Of a stretch of DNA of 64,000 nucleotides, positions 18,124 through 27,123 are shown one piece after another. The stretch is from Candidatus Iainarchaeum sp. (GTDB lineage Archaea > Iainarchaeota > Iainarchaeia > Iainarchaeales > DTGL01): positions 32,483 through 96,482 of the forward strand of contig JAOAJX010000004.1 of the NCBI GenBank assembly GCA_026413945.1, read 5' to 3'. The translations under genes were made by a program, and so were the position numbers. The number at the start of each line of letters is the position of its first letter. Position 1 is the first letter of the stretch. The notes under the pieces are model-generated. The model ran no database searches, was not told where the DNA came from, and saw only the letters and a program-made list of their open reading frames with translations.

Positions 18124-18680
18124 ATCACCTTCTCATCAATATCAAGTTCATCTGCTGGAATAAAATCAGCAAGCATTGGCTCCTTGCCAAATTTCTTTTT
18201 ATCAGCATCAAGCTTTTTAAGCCCATCTTTTGCACTCTCTGAACCTAAGCTTTGTTGCATTCCTTTTAAATAACTATTATAAACGAAAAGTATTTCAAGG
18301 CGCTTAAGCATTTCCTCAGAAAAGGAAATCCTTAATGCATTTTCTGCAGCAATAAAAATGCCATTATTGCCTTGTTTCAACTTACCAATGACTTTGACTG
18401 AGTCGCCTTCTTTTAGCTTTTTAATTGAATTCATTTCTAATTCTGTGTCAAAAGCCATTACATCTACTGTGCCAGTAAAGTCGTCTATCTTTAAACTTAA
18501 AAATCTCTCATCTTCGTAGCGTCTCACAACGACACCCCAGACGCTAACCCTTGAAACCTTTAAGCCTGACTTGGTAAGGACATAGCTTGGAACATATTGC
18601 TCTTCAACCTTCACGAAAGTAGCATCTTCGAGCTCTTTCAAAGGAATCCTCATAGCATTTGAGCGCATAAAAAAACCCAA
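18120..18680 (-). CDS. OB-fold nucleic-acid-binding protein (RPA-like), hypothetical
   Basis: 'VSRVSVWGVVVRRYEDERFLSLKIDDFTGTVDVMAFD' is a typical OB-fold strand pattern. Confidence 0.35.
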   Translation of the reverse strand: MGFFMRSNAMRIPLKELEDATFVKVEEQYVPSYVLTKSGLKVSRVSVWGVVVRRYEDERFLSLKIDDFTGTVDVMAFDTELEMNSIKKLKEGDSVKVIGKLKQGNNGIFIAAENALRISFSEEMLKRLEILFVYNSYLKGMQQSLGSESAKDGLKKLDADKKKFGKEPMLADFIPADELDIDEKVI

Positions 18681-18754
18681 TTTTTGAGTTAAATTTCAAC
18701 TAAATAAATTTATTAAGGTAAGGTTATTAACTTTAACATATTGCCGGTGGTTTT

Positions 18755-19375
18755 TTGGAGAAAGATAGGACAAATGAGGCCAAAAAAACTATTTTTTGGG
18801 CACTAATTTTCGTTTTTGCAATAATTGTCGTTTACAAAATTGGCACATATCTAATAGATCACATGTCTGTTGATAATATAAAAAGGGCAATGCATGATTA
18901 CGGCCTGATAGGGATTTTTTTTATGGTGCTAATAGGAAACCTTACACTTTTCTTGCCAATGCCAATTGACTTAGCAATTTATGTTTTGGGCAGCTTTGAT
19001 TTCGGCTTCGGGTTTTTAAGCCCAGCAATCATTGGAATTGTTGCTGGCTTTGGTGCTGGCATTGGGGAGCTTAGCGGTTATGCTGCAGGCTTTCTTGGAC
19101 GAAGAAGTGTAAGAAACCTTGCCAAAGGCGAACATAAGAGATTTGAGAGAGTTTACCATGAAATAAAAAAGCATGGTTTGTGGTTCATAATTATTGCTTC
19201 ATTCACCCCCTTTCCATTCGACTTAGTTGGTATAGCTGCTGGAATTGTCAAATATGATTTGAAAAAATTCCTTCTTGGCGCAATCATTGGCAAAATACTT
19301 AGATGTGCTTTAATAGCTTACGCTGGTTACTTTTCCTTGTCATTCATCGCAAAATTATTCGGTGTAGGTCTTTGA
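18755..19375 (+). CDS. DedA/VTT (TVP38/TMEM64) family membrane protein
   Basis: Multi-TM ORF with 'GFGAGIGELSGYAAGFLGRR' and a re-entrant loop pattern characteristic of DedA. Confidence 0.55.
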   Translation: MEKDRTNEAKKTIFWALIFVFAIIVVYKIGTYLIDHMSVDNIKRAMHDYGLIGIFFMVLIGNLTLFLPMPIDLAIYVLGSFDFGFGFLSPAIIGIVAGFGAGIGELSGYAAGFLGRRSVRNLAKGEHKRFERVYHEIKKHGLWFIIIASFTPFPFDLVGIAAGIVKYDLKKFLLGAIIGKILRCALIAYAGYFSLSFIAKLFGVGL

Positions 19376-19436
19376 TTTTGTTCGTTTTTACATAAACAAA
19401 TAAAATTTAAAACCATTCAAGGCAATATTTTTAGGT

Positions 19437-19583
19437 GCCGGGATGGCAGAGCGGCCCAATGCGCCAGCTTGGAGTTCTCCAAATTCTTTCTTTTTATAAA
19501 AGAAAGAAAATTTTTAATCACGAAGATAAGACCAATGAGCTGGTGTGCGCAAGCACTCGTGGGTTCAAATCCCACTCCCGGCG
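19437..19583 (+). tRNA. tRNA-Ser (GGA) with 63-nt intron (19475-19537) at canonical position 37/38
   Basis: Acceptor GCCGGGA/TCCCGGC, anticodon stem CCAGC/GCTGG with loop TTGGAG|intron|A, long variable arm GTGC-GCAA-GCAC, T-arm GTGGG-TTCAAAT-CCCAC, discriminator G; exon TTGGAG pairs with intron CTCCAA to form the BHB helix. Confidence 0.75.
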
Positions 19584-19619
19584 ATAATTTTTCTATTTGC
19601 TTCTTGCAAATGCGAAAAG

Positions 19620-20441
19620 TCAAATTAGCGGAAGGCCTCCAAAAACCATGCCTAGCCATGCTGCAAGCATGAATAAGCCTTGCAGGGGTAAAGCCGGAAG
19701 GGCTTGCTTCTTCTTAAATAGGTAACAAAAAGTCAGTGAAAGGCCAAGCAACGACGCTATAAAAATAACGAAGACTGGGATAAAATAATACGGTGCAACA
19801 TATGCTGCCTTTGCCTTTCTGAGTACTGCTGTCGAAAACACTAAAGGCAGAACAAGGTCACCAGTGCCGAGCTGATAAATTTTTTCCTTTGATGGTAAGC
19901 TAAATGTAAAGGCAGTATTATCCCTTGCGATGGCCTCAGCCATTTTAACCATGTGCTTTGTCTTGAAAACCGCAATGTAATCATAGACGCATAAGGCTGC
20001 AAGCAAAAACACAATAGGCAAAACACCCAAGCTAACACCAATAAGCGCACCCACAACTGCTGTTGAGATTAAACTTGAAGTATTCTTTATGATAATATTC
20101 TCCTTGAAGAGAACCCTCACTGCAACTATTACTAGTGGAAAAAGCAGCACCACTTCAGGAAGAAAAATTTCAAAAAGTATTATAGATGTCAAAAGAAGTG
20201 AAAAGATCTCAAATAGCATTGTCACGCCGCGCACTTTGATAAAAGATATTATAATAATGAAGATTAGCGTAAAAAAAAGCATATACAATAGCAATGCCAA
20301 TGCATTTGAAACATCATCGGGGTTATCAGTCAATATTTTTGCCCTAACATTTTCCTTTATGAAAAAGTCTGCTATGGAAAGCCCGATCAATTGCACCATC
20401 AAGAAAAAGAATATCAGAAGCAGAACAACGCCCTTGTGCAT
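19620..20441 (-). CDS. Presenilin / signal-peptide-peptidase family intramembrane aspartyl protease (A22)
   Basis: Polytopic membrane ORF carrying the 'YDYIAVF' (YD), 'LGTGDLVLP' (GxGD) and 'PALPL' (PAL) motifs in the correct order. Confidence 0.7.
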   Translation of the reverse strand: MHKGVVLLLIFFFLMVQLIGLSIADFFIKENVRAKILTDNPDDVSNALALLLYMLFFTLIFIIIISFIKVRGVTMLFEIFSLLLTSIILFEIFLPEVVLLFPLVIVAVRVLFKENIIIKNTSSLISTAVVGALIGVSLGVLPIVFLLAALCVYDYIAVFKTKHMVKMAEAIARDNTAFTFSLPSKEKIYQLGTGDLVLPLVFSTAVLRKAKAAYVAPYYFIPVFVIFIASLLGLSLTFCYLFKKKQALPALPLQGLFMLAAWLGMVFGGLPLI

Positions 20442-20476
20442 ATTTTTATAAAGAACTTAAGTGTTTTTTAAAATAT

Positions 20477-20833
20477 ATGGCAAGAAAAAAGCCAGAAAAC
20501 CTTAAAACAAAAAGGGAGAGGAAAAGATATGTGTTGTTCACTTTAGAAGGACACAAGAGTGAAAGCAATTTTGCTTTATTCGGCCACATAAAAAGCTTTA
20601 TAAGACAAAAAATGGGGGAGAAATTTCTTCAAAAGGCATCGTTAAAACTTATTGAGTTTGATGGCAAGTTTGGCATATTACAGTGTGAGCGCTCTTCAAA
20701 AGATGCGATTGTAGAAACACTAAGAAAAAATTCTGAAAGAGCGGGCAAAGTTGCTATAAGAACTCTTTCAGCAAGCGGCACCTTAAAAGCATTAAGAAAA
20801 AGAAAGAATATATTTAAATTAGGGAAAAAATAA
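20477..20833 (+). CDS. pop5: RNase P protein component Pop5 (Rnp2)
   Basis: 'RERKRYVLFTLEG...' and 'IRTLSASGTLKALRKR' match the archaeal Pop5 pattern. Confidence 0.65.
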   Translation: MARKKPENLKTKRERKRYVLFTLEGHKSESNFALFGHIKSFIRQKMGEKFLQKASLKLIEFDGKFGILQCERSSKDAIVETLRKNSERAGKVAIRTLSASGTLKALRKRKNIFKLGKK

Positions 20834-20837
20834 TGCA

Positions 20838-23264
20838 TTAACCATCTTTCTCAGTTCCAGCTCTTTTTGCAATAAACAAAACAATTAGCAGCATTATTAG
20901 AATTGCTATTGGGTTAATTTCAGGTGTTTTTACTTCTGGTAACTCAGGCGAAACATAAAAAGATGTGGAGCGCTTGCACTCAAGGGCGTCACAGCCCATG
21001 ATCTCTGCCGTAATAGTGTATCTGCCCGGTTCAACAAGAGGCCCTATAGTAGATGTTGTATTGCAGGGAAACCCTGAAAGCTTTATTCTGTTATTCTCTG
21101 TGCCAAATTCAATGGAAATAGTGTCAGATGAAACACATTTTGTTGAAATGCTTGCTAAGCCATATAAATGCGTATCCTTAACATGCAAACCGGTTATTCC
21201 TTTTGCTTCAGTTACATTTACCTCTGCAGAGCCAAGTGCAAAAAAGCCCAATTGGTTTGAGGCTAAAACTCTTGCTAAATATGTTCCTTTGCTTCGATAA
21301 GCATGAAACAACTCATGGTCACCGCTTCTTGTAATACCATCGCCAAAATCCCACTCATAATTTGTAAAAAAATTCTTATCATCAGTTTTTGATGCAATAA
21401 ACAGCACAATTAAAGGTTCCATGCCGTTGTCTGGATTCGCAATTAGACGCAATGTTTCAATTTCTTTGCCAACCAAAATCTTTTTCATTGAAATGGCTGA
21501 CATTTTTTGTTTTGTCCCATCTTTGCCGTTGTCAGAAACAATTAGGGTTACAGTATAAACCATATATTTTGAGCTAATATCTGAATATGTGTGAGTTACT
21601 TTTTTCCCTGAAGCTTTTGAACCATCGCCAAAGTCCCAAGAATAAGAAGTTATAAAATCACCGGCATCAGGGTCTGATGAGCATGAAGCATCAAAAGTGA
21701 ACTCAGTTATGCTGGGAAGACCTTTTAAAGGAGAAACCTCAAAGCATGCTATTGGCGGCATATTCTCCGATATTGGATCTTGCTGTTGACCAGTTGCCTT
21801 TCTCTTCACAGCATTTATTATCGCATAATCGTAATCACACAAGCTAGCACTATCGCAAGCTTTAAGCTTTACAGTTTTACTGCCAAGGGTTGCATGAATC
21901 GTTATTTTTGCCCAATCATAATAATCAGCACCAATTTCCCATTCGCACCTTGAAATATTGCCATCTGGGTCTATGCTATCTAAGCATGAGAGCTCAACTC
22001 TGTCATTTTCAAAGACATTGATTGTTTTGTTTGCTTCTTCCAAGTATGGTTGTGAAGTTATCACGGCTTTTGGAAGACAATTTGGTAAGCCTGCTTGTTC
22101 GAAGCAGCCAAAGCTACAATACGTTGATAAACCACAATCTTCTTCTGTATTAGTAGTTGAGCAATATGCTCCGGTAACTATTGAATCTACACAGACTCCA
22201 GCCCTTGTGCTTCTATAAGTTTTTTTGTAGGTAGGCGCAGTTGTTATCTGGAGGCATTTTTGGATATTGCACTGACCCATGTAAGAGTACCTCGAGCAAT
22301 CATCACTCTCATAAAGAGGACCATTGCAAGTATCATAAAGCCAAACTGAATTTTCTCGGCACTTTTTTTCTTCTTGGCATCTTGCACAATGACAGCCATC
22401 ACAATGATAACCAGCTGAGCAATCAGAATCATATTGGCAGTCACAAGGTCTTCTTGTTGGGGTTTGACTCGGTGTGATCGTTGGTGTAACTGTGGGCGTA
22501 ATTGATGTTATTGGGCCTTGGCATCTGGAATCCTCACATCTTGCAAATGAATAGCAATAGATTTCCTCTGCACAGTCATGGCCGCTTTCCGGATCTCTTA
22601 TAACTCTTGTGCAAACATAGCTGCCTGTGCATTTTACAGCATCCAAGCATTGGCATTTGGATTGATTGGCAATAACACATTCTGTTTCGCTTTTGTAGTA
22701 AGAAGAATTATTTCTTTGGCAGTCATCTTGCCCTGGCGAACAAGCTGAATTGGTGCAACCATTAAATTTAAAGCAGTTCAAACCAGCAACGCTAACAGAA
22801 CTACAATTCACAGCGGCTACGCAATTGCATTGATTGCTGTTTGCGTTTACGCAATCAACATTTGTGGAGTAATATCCTTGCTCTGAACAGGAAGCTATTT
22901 GGGAGCAAGAGGTGCATTGGCCATTTATACAGCAACGCCCATCACCACATTGAGAATCGGAAGTGCATGAAGTTGGGGCACATGGATCACAGACACAAGC
23001 AAAGCAGCACCAATCTCCACAATCACTATGACTTTGGCATTCGCAATTATCTGGTGGCTTTGGTGAGTCGGCTGGTGGCACAGGCGACTCAGAAGGTGGC
23101 TCTCCACCACCATTGCCATTGTCGATAATTCTACTCGAAGATAAGGTTGCAAAAAGCAGTATTGAGATAACAAAACAAATAAAAGCCAGCAGGAATATTT
23201 TTGTCTTACTCCAAAACTTAAAATTATGCCGGCAAAATATATTGCACAGAATCATATTTTTCAA
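20838..23264 (-). CDS. Cys-rich cell-surface protein with two PKD domains, PT linker and C-terminal TM anchor
   Basis: N-terminal TM/signal, more than 70 Cys in CxC/CxxC clusters, 'ITPTVTPTITPSQTPT' linker, two PKD signatures ('SWDFGDGS', 'YEWDFGDGIT'), and C-terminal 'PIAILIMLLIVLFIAKR'. Confidence 0.6.
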   Translation of the reverse strand: MKNMILCNIFCRHNFKFWSKTKIFLLAFICFVISILLFATLSSSRIIDNGNGGGEPPSESPVPPADSPKPPDNCECQSHSDCGDWCCFACVCDPCAPTSCTSDSQCGDGRCCINGQCTSCSQIASCSEQGYYSTNVDCVNANSNQCNCVAAVNCSSVSVAGLNCFKFNGCTNSACSPGQDDCQRNNSSYYKSETECVIANQSKCQCLDAVKCTGSYVCTRVIRDPESGHDCAEEIYCYSFARCEDSRCQGPITSITPTVTPTITPSQTPTRRPCDCQYDSDCSAGYHCDGCHCARCQEEKKCRENSVWLYDTCNGPLYESDDCSRYSYMGQCNIQKCLQITTAPTYKKTYRSTRAGVCVDSIVTGAYCSTTNTEEDCGLSTYCSFGCFEQAGLPNCLPKAVITSQPYLEEANKTINVFENDRVELSCLDSIDPDGNISRCEWEIGADYYDWAKITIHATLGSKTVKLKACDSASLCDYDYAIINAVKRKATGQQQDPISENMPPIACFEVSPLKGLPSITEFTFDASCSSDPDAGDFITSYSWDFGDGSKASGKKVTHTYSDISSKYMVYTVTLIVSDNGKDGTKQKMSAISMKKILVGKEIETLRLIANPDNGMEPLIVLFIASKTDDKNFFTNYEWDFGDGITRSGDHELFHAYRSKGTYLARVLASNQLGFFALGSAEVNVTEAKGITGLHVKDTHLYGLASISTKCVSSDTISIEFGTENNRIKLSGFPCNTTSTIGPLVEPGRYTITAEIMGCDALECKRSTSFYVSPELPEVKTPEINPIAILIMLLIVLFIAKRAGTEKDG

Positions 23265-23312
23265 ACTAAATAGAACACAAAAAAATAAAAAAAGGGATGA
23301 TGTAATTTAGAT

Positions 23313-24080
23313 ATGCTTTTGGATAAATTCAGGGGGTTTCTTGGGAGAAAGAAAATAAAGTTAGCAATTTTTTTCATATTGGTTTTTACAGGTTCGCTTT
23401 TTTTAGGGGCTTTTTTGATAAAGCCACAAAACAATGTTAAAATAACAATTAAGGCATCTCAGCTTGAAGAGCATAGACTTTTCTTTTTACCATCTGGGAA
23501 TTTGGAGCTTGAACTCAATAACGACACCGCAAAGAAATGCATATTCATAATGTTCCCATACATGAACGCTGGAAACATGAAGTCACACTTTGTTAAGCTT
23601 GTTGAGCCAAGTGAATCCTTTCCTTTCACAAAAGAGATAAAAGAAAATGAAGCTTATGCAATTAAATGTGCTTTGGAGAATGTAAACTTTGAATGGAAAG
23701 ATCTGCCTGTTTTAATAGTGGGAAGTAAAAGTGACTATATTGTGCATGCAAAAATAACCAATGGCAAGATCGTTGATTTCGAGACTGGTGCCAAGATTTC
23801 AGAAGTCATTGTGAGCCCAAAAACAAGGGTGTGGTTCATTGTAAAGAATACTGACCAAAACTATTGGTCTTTTGACATAATAACTGAAAAGGAGAGAGTT
23901 GCCAAAGAAGGCGAACTCATCAAATTTTATACTGAAAGGTATTGGCCGCCGCTAAAGCAAAACCAGGTTGTTGTAATTGGTCCAACATCTTTCAAGGCAG
24001 GAACATATAAGGGCGGGTTACATGACCATTACTGTAAAGATTGTCCAACACAATCAGAGTTTCGTATTAAGTCTGATTAG
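23313..24080 (+). CDS. Hypothetical membrane-anchored protein
   Basis: N-terminal TM helix; no recognisable domain. Confidence 0.35.
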   Translation: MLLDKFRGFLGRKKIKLAIFFILVFTGSLFLGAFLIKPQNNVKITIKASQLEEHRLFFLPSGNLELELNNDTAKKCIFIMFPYMNAGNMKSHFVKLVEPSESFPFTKEIKENEAYAIKCALENVNFEWKDLPVLIVGSKSDYIVHAKITNGKIVDFETGAKISEVIVSPKTRVWFIVKNTDQNYWSFDIITEKERVAKEGELIKFYTERYWPPLKQNQVVVIGPTSFKAGTYKGGLHDHYCKDCPTQSEFRIKSD

Positions 24081-24214
24081 AAAAAACAGGGTTTTTTAGA
24101 AAGATTGGTGTTTAAACCACCTTGGAAAACATTTAAATTATTATCATATATAAATTCTTCAGTTGGGGCAACTTTTTATGTTTAAAATTCTTGTCTTAAA
24201 ACGAGGTGAAATCA

Positions 24215-24943
24215 ATGTATATGGATGAAGGAGCTAAAATGGCTTCAGCATATGATCGCGCAGCAACAATGTTTTCGCCAAAAGGGCGCCTTTATCAGGT
24301 AGAATATGCTTCAAAGATAGTTGAGCAAGGAACTCTTGGCATAGGCCTTGTCTATGCAAACGGCGTCCTGTTTGGCGCTGAAAAGGCTATAACAAGCAAT
24401 CTTATGATACCTGAATCAGTTGAAAAGCTTTTCAAAATAGATGACCACATAGGTGCAATAAGTGCTGGCCTTGTTGGGGATGCGAGGCGCCTTATAAAAA
24501 TAGCCAGAGAGCTTGCTCAAGAGAACATGATTTATTATGATGAGCTCATTGATGTTGAATATCTTGCAAAAGAGATAAGCTCAATAAAGCAAGTTTTTAC
24601 ACAGTATGCTGGCATGAGACCTTTTGGCATAAGTTTTATAATTGGCGGCATTAACAATGGCAATAAGCGCATATTTGAGACCGAACCATCTGGTGCGTTG
24701 GCTGAATACAAGGCAACAGCAATAGGTAGAAACAAAAAGAAGGCAATGGATTTTATGGAAAAGAAGTATAACGAAAAAATGAATCTTGAAGAAGGAATAA
24801 AGTTGATAACAAACACGATAAAGCAAACAAAAGAGAAAAACGAAACATTTGAAATAAACAGCTTGGAGTTTGCATATATTGAGGAAGGCAAACCATTCAC
24901 AAAATTGAGCGCAAAGGAGCTTAAGGCAATAATTTCGAAGTAA
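24215..24943 (+). CDS. psmA: Proteasome alpha subunit
   Basis: 'YDRAATMFSPKGRLYQVEYA' alpha-subunit signature; the ORF track begins at a GTG at 24206, but ATG 24215 or 24239 are the likely starts. Confidence 0.9.
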   Translation: MYMDEGAKMASAYDRAATMFSPKGRLYQVEYASKIVEQGTLGIGLVYANGVLFGAEKAITSNLMIPESVEKLFKIDDHIGAISAGLVGDARRLIKIARELAQENMIYYDELIDVEYLAKEISSIKQVFTQYAGMRPFGISFIIGGINNGNKRIFETEPSGALAEYKATAIGRNKKKAMDFMEKKYNEKMNLEEGIKLITNTIKQTKEKNETFEINSLEFAYIEEGKPFTKLSAKELKAIISK

Positions 24944-24971
24944 TTGCCTGTAATTTCAGGCGTGGTTTTTA

Positions 24972-25673
24972 ATGGTCAAAATTGAGAATGCGGTAGTGGC
25001 ACGTTATAGTTATAAGGGAGAAAAGTTCGAGATACTTGTTGATCCAAACTTAGCCATGGAAGTTAAAAAAGGTAAAAAAGTAAATACAGATGAGTTGCTT
25101 GCAATTGATGAGGTTTTTAAAGATGCTGCAAGAGGCGAGAGACAATCAGAACATGCTGTAAAAGACGCATTTGGCACAGATGATATTTCAGAAATTGCTA
25201 GTAAGATAATAACGAGGGGGGAAATTCAACTTACCACAGAGCAGAGAAGAGAGTTGAGAGAGAGAAAAAAGAACGAGATAATACAAATAATATGCAAAAA
25301 TGCTTATAATCCACAAACAAATGCACAGCATCCCCCTGCAAGAATTGAAACCGCGATTAATGAATTAAAAATAAGTATAAATGAGTTTGAGCCAGCAGAT
25401 GAACAGGCAACAAAAATAATAAAGCAACTGAGCAAAGTTCTGCCCATATCAGTTGAAAAATTTGAGATTGCAATAAAAGTGCCTGCCGGCTATGCTGGCC
25501 GCGCAAGTCCAATAATATATAGCTATGAAATAAAAAAACAAGAATGGCAGAAGGATGGATCACTCATAGCAGTTCTTGACGTTCCAGCTGGAATGAAAGC
25601 AGAATTGATAGACAAAATAAGCAAACTAACCCAGGGAGAAGCGCAGATAAAAATTTTGAATAAGGAGGCATAA
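24972..25673 (+). CDS. sdo1: Ribosome maturation protein SBDS/Sdo1
   Basis: 'VARYSYKGEKFEILVDPNLAMEVKKGK...DEVFKDAARGE' matches the SBDS N-terminal FYSH domain. Confidence 0.8.
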   Translation: MVKIENAVVARYSYKGEKFEILVDPNLAMEVKKGKKVNTDELLAIDEVFKDAARGERQSEHAVKDAFGTDDISEIASKIITRGEIQLTTEQRRELRERKKNEIIQIICKNAYNPQTNAQHPPARIETAINELKISINEFEPADEQATKIIKQLSKVLPISVEKFEIAIKVPAGYAGRASPIIYSYEIKKQEWQKDGSLIAVLDVPAGMKAELIDKISKLTQGEAQIKILNKEA

Positions 25674-25682
25674 GGAGGCATC

Positions 25683-26312
25683 TTGATGGAATATAAAGTT
25701 GTTGTGCCTGGTGAGCTCATAAGCGAATCTAGGTTAAAACTTGGGCAGCACGTTTTTATTGAAAATGGCAAGATATATGCAGAAACTGTTGGAATTGCAA
25801 GAACAGATAAAGGCATAGCGAGGGTTGTGGCTCTTCAAGGCAGATACATCCCAAAAATTGGAGATTTAGTAATCGGCGTTGTTGTATCAGAAGAATACTC
25901 AGTCTATGCTGTAGATGTGAATTCGTTTTATTATTCTTTCATTCCAAAAGAAGAGATCAGGGTTTTATTAAGGAAAGGGAACATAATAAGTGCCAAAGTT
26001 TCAAAGATAAATGAGATTAATGAAATATCGCTCACTAATGTTAGGGTCCTTTATGGTGGTGAAATCCTGCTTGTAGAACCAACTAAAGTCCCGAGAATCA
26101 TAGGCAAAAACGCCAGCATGATAAAGCTTCTTCAGAATAGTACTAGATGCTCAATAATTGTTGGGATGAATGGCATATTATGGGCAAAAGGGACAGAGCA
26201 AGGAATTGAGCTTCTCAAGAAAGCTCTTGACAAAATAGAGCGTGAATCGCATTTAGGCAACCTCACGCTTAAAATACAAAAGATGTTAAGCGAAAAACCA
26301 TCATCTGAATAG
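25683..26312 (+). CDS. rrp4: Exosome complex RNA-binding subunit Rrp4 (S1+KH)
   Basis: S1 domain 'RYIPKIGDLVIGVVV' and KH 'IIGKNASMIKLL...GMNGILWAKG'. Confidence 0.8.
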   Translation: MMEYKVVVPGELISESRLKLGQHVFIENGKIYAETVGIARTDKGIARVVALQGRYIPKIGDLVIGVVVSEEYSVYAVDVNSFYYSFIPKEEIRVLLRKGNIISAKVSKINEINEISLTNVRVLYGGEILLVEPTKVPRIIGKNASMIKLLQNSTRCSIIVGMNGILWAKGTEQGIELLKKALDKIERESHLGNLTLKIQKMLSEKPSSE

Positions 26313-26316
26313 AGGT

Positions 26317-27123
26317 GTGTATATGGAAAAGTCAGTTTATGAAAGACCGGATGGAAGGAAGATTGACGAGCTTAGAAAAATAAAGATTGTGCCGTCTGTT
26401 CTCACTAGGGCGGATGGCTCGGCCTACATAGAGTGGGGGCAAAATAAAGCAATTGTTGGCGTATTTGGACCAAGAGAAGCATTGCCACAGCACATACAAA
26501 ATCCAACAAAAGCACTTGTAAATTATGTGTACAGAATGGCTACTTTTTCTGTTCCTGAAAGAAAGAGTGCAAAGCCTGGACGCAGAGAAATAGAGATATC
26601 AAAAGTGTCTGGGGAAGCGCTTGAAAGTGCAATCTTTGTAGAAAGGTTTGCGAATGCTACGATAGACATATATGCATATCTGTTTGACAGCAATGCTGGA
26701 ACAAGATGTGCTGCACTCACGGCAGCGAGCGTTGCGCTTGCTGATGCTGGCATTCCTATGCGAGACCTTGTACCAGCCTGCGCAGTTGGTCGTGCCAATG
26801 GACAACTAATAGTAGACCCCTGTAAAGAGGAGGAAGATGCTGAAGATGCAGTTGATATGCCAATGGCCATATTGCCAAGAAATAAAGAAGTTGTTCTTTT
26901 GCAAATGGATGGTCTCCTAAGCCTAGAAGAATGGAAAAAAGCATTTCACTTAGGCCTAAATGGATGTATGCAAGTATACGAGATTCAAAAAAAAGCAATA
27001 AAAGAAAAATATGAAAGCATAGAAAAAGAAGACAAAAAAGCAATAGAGGCATTAAATGAGGAAATGGAATGCCTCGAAAGCGAGGGTCAAAACTCAGCGG
27101 AGGGCGATTACGTTGAGGGATGA
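26317..27123 (+). CDS. rrp41: Exosome complex exonuclease Rrp41 (RNase PH-like)
   Basis: 'RPDGRKIDELRKIKIVPSVLTRADGSAYIEWGQNKAIVGVFGPRE'. Confidence 0.85.
   Translation: MYMEKSVYERPDGRKIDELRKIKIVPSVLTRADGSAYIEWGQNKAIVGVFGPREALPQHIQNPTKALVNYVYRMATFSVPERKSAKPGRREIEISKVSGEALESAIFVERFANATIDIYAYLFDSNAGTRCAALTAASVALADAGIPMRDLVPACAVGRANGQLIVDPCKEEEDAEDAVDMPMAILPRNKEVVLLQMDGLLSLEEWKKAFHLGLNGCMQVYEIQKKAIKEKYESIEKEDKKAIEALNEEMECLESEGQNSAEGDYVEG

Noticed and set aside
19417-19672. ORFs 19417-19659 (minus) and 19469-19672 (plus) overlapping tRNA-Ser
   Set aside because: They coincide with the tRNA exons and intron. The tRNA fold is complete and convincing, so the ORFs are spurious.
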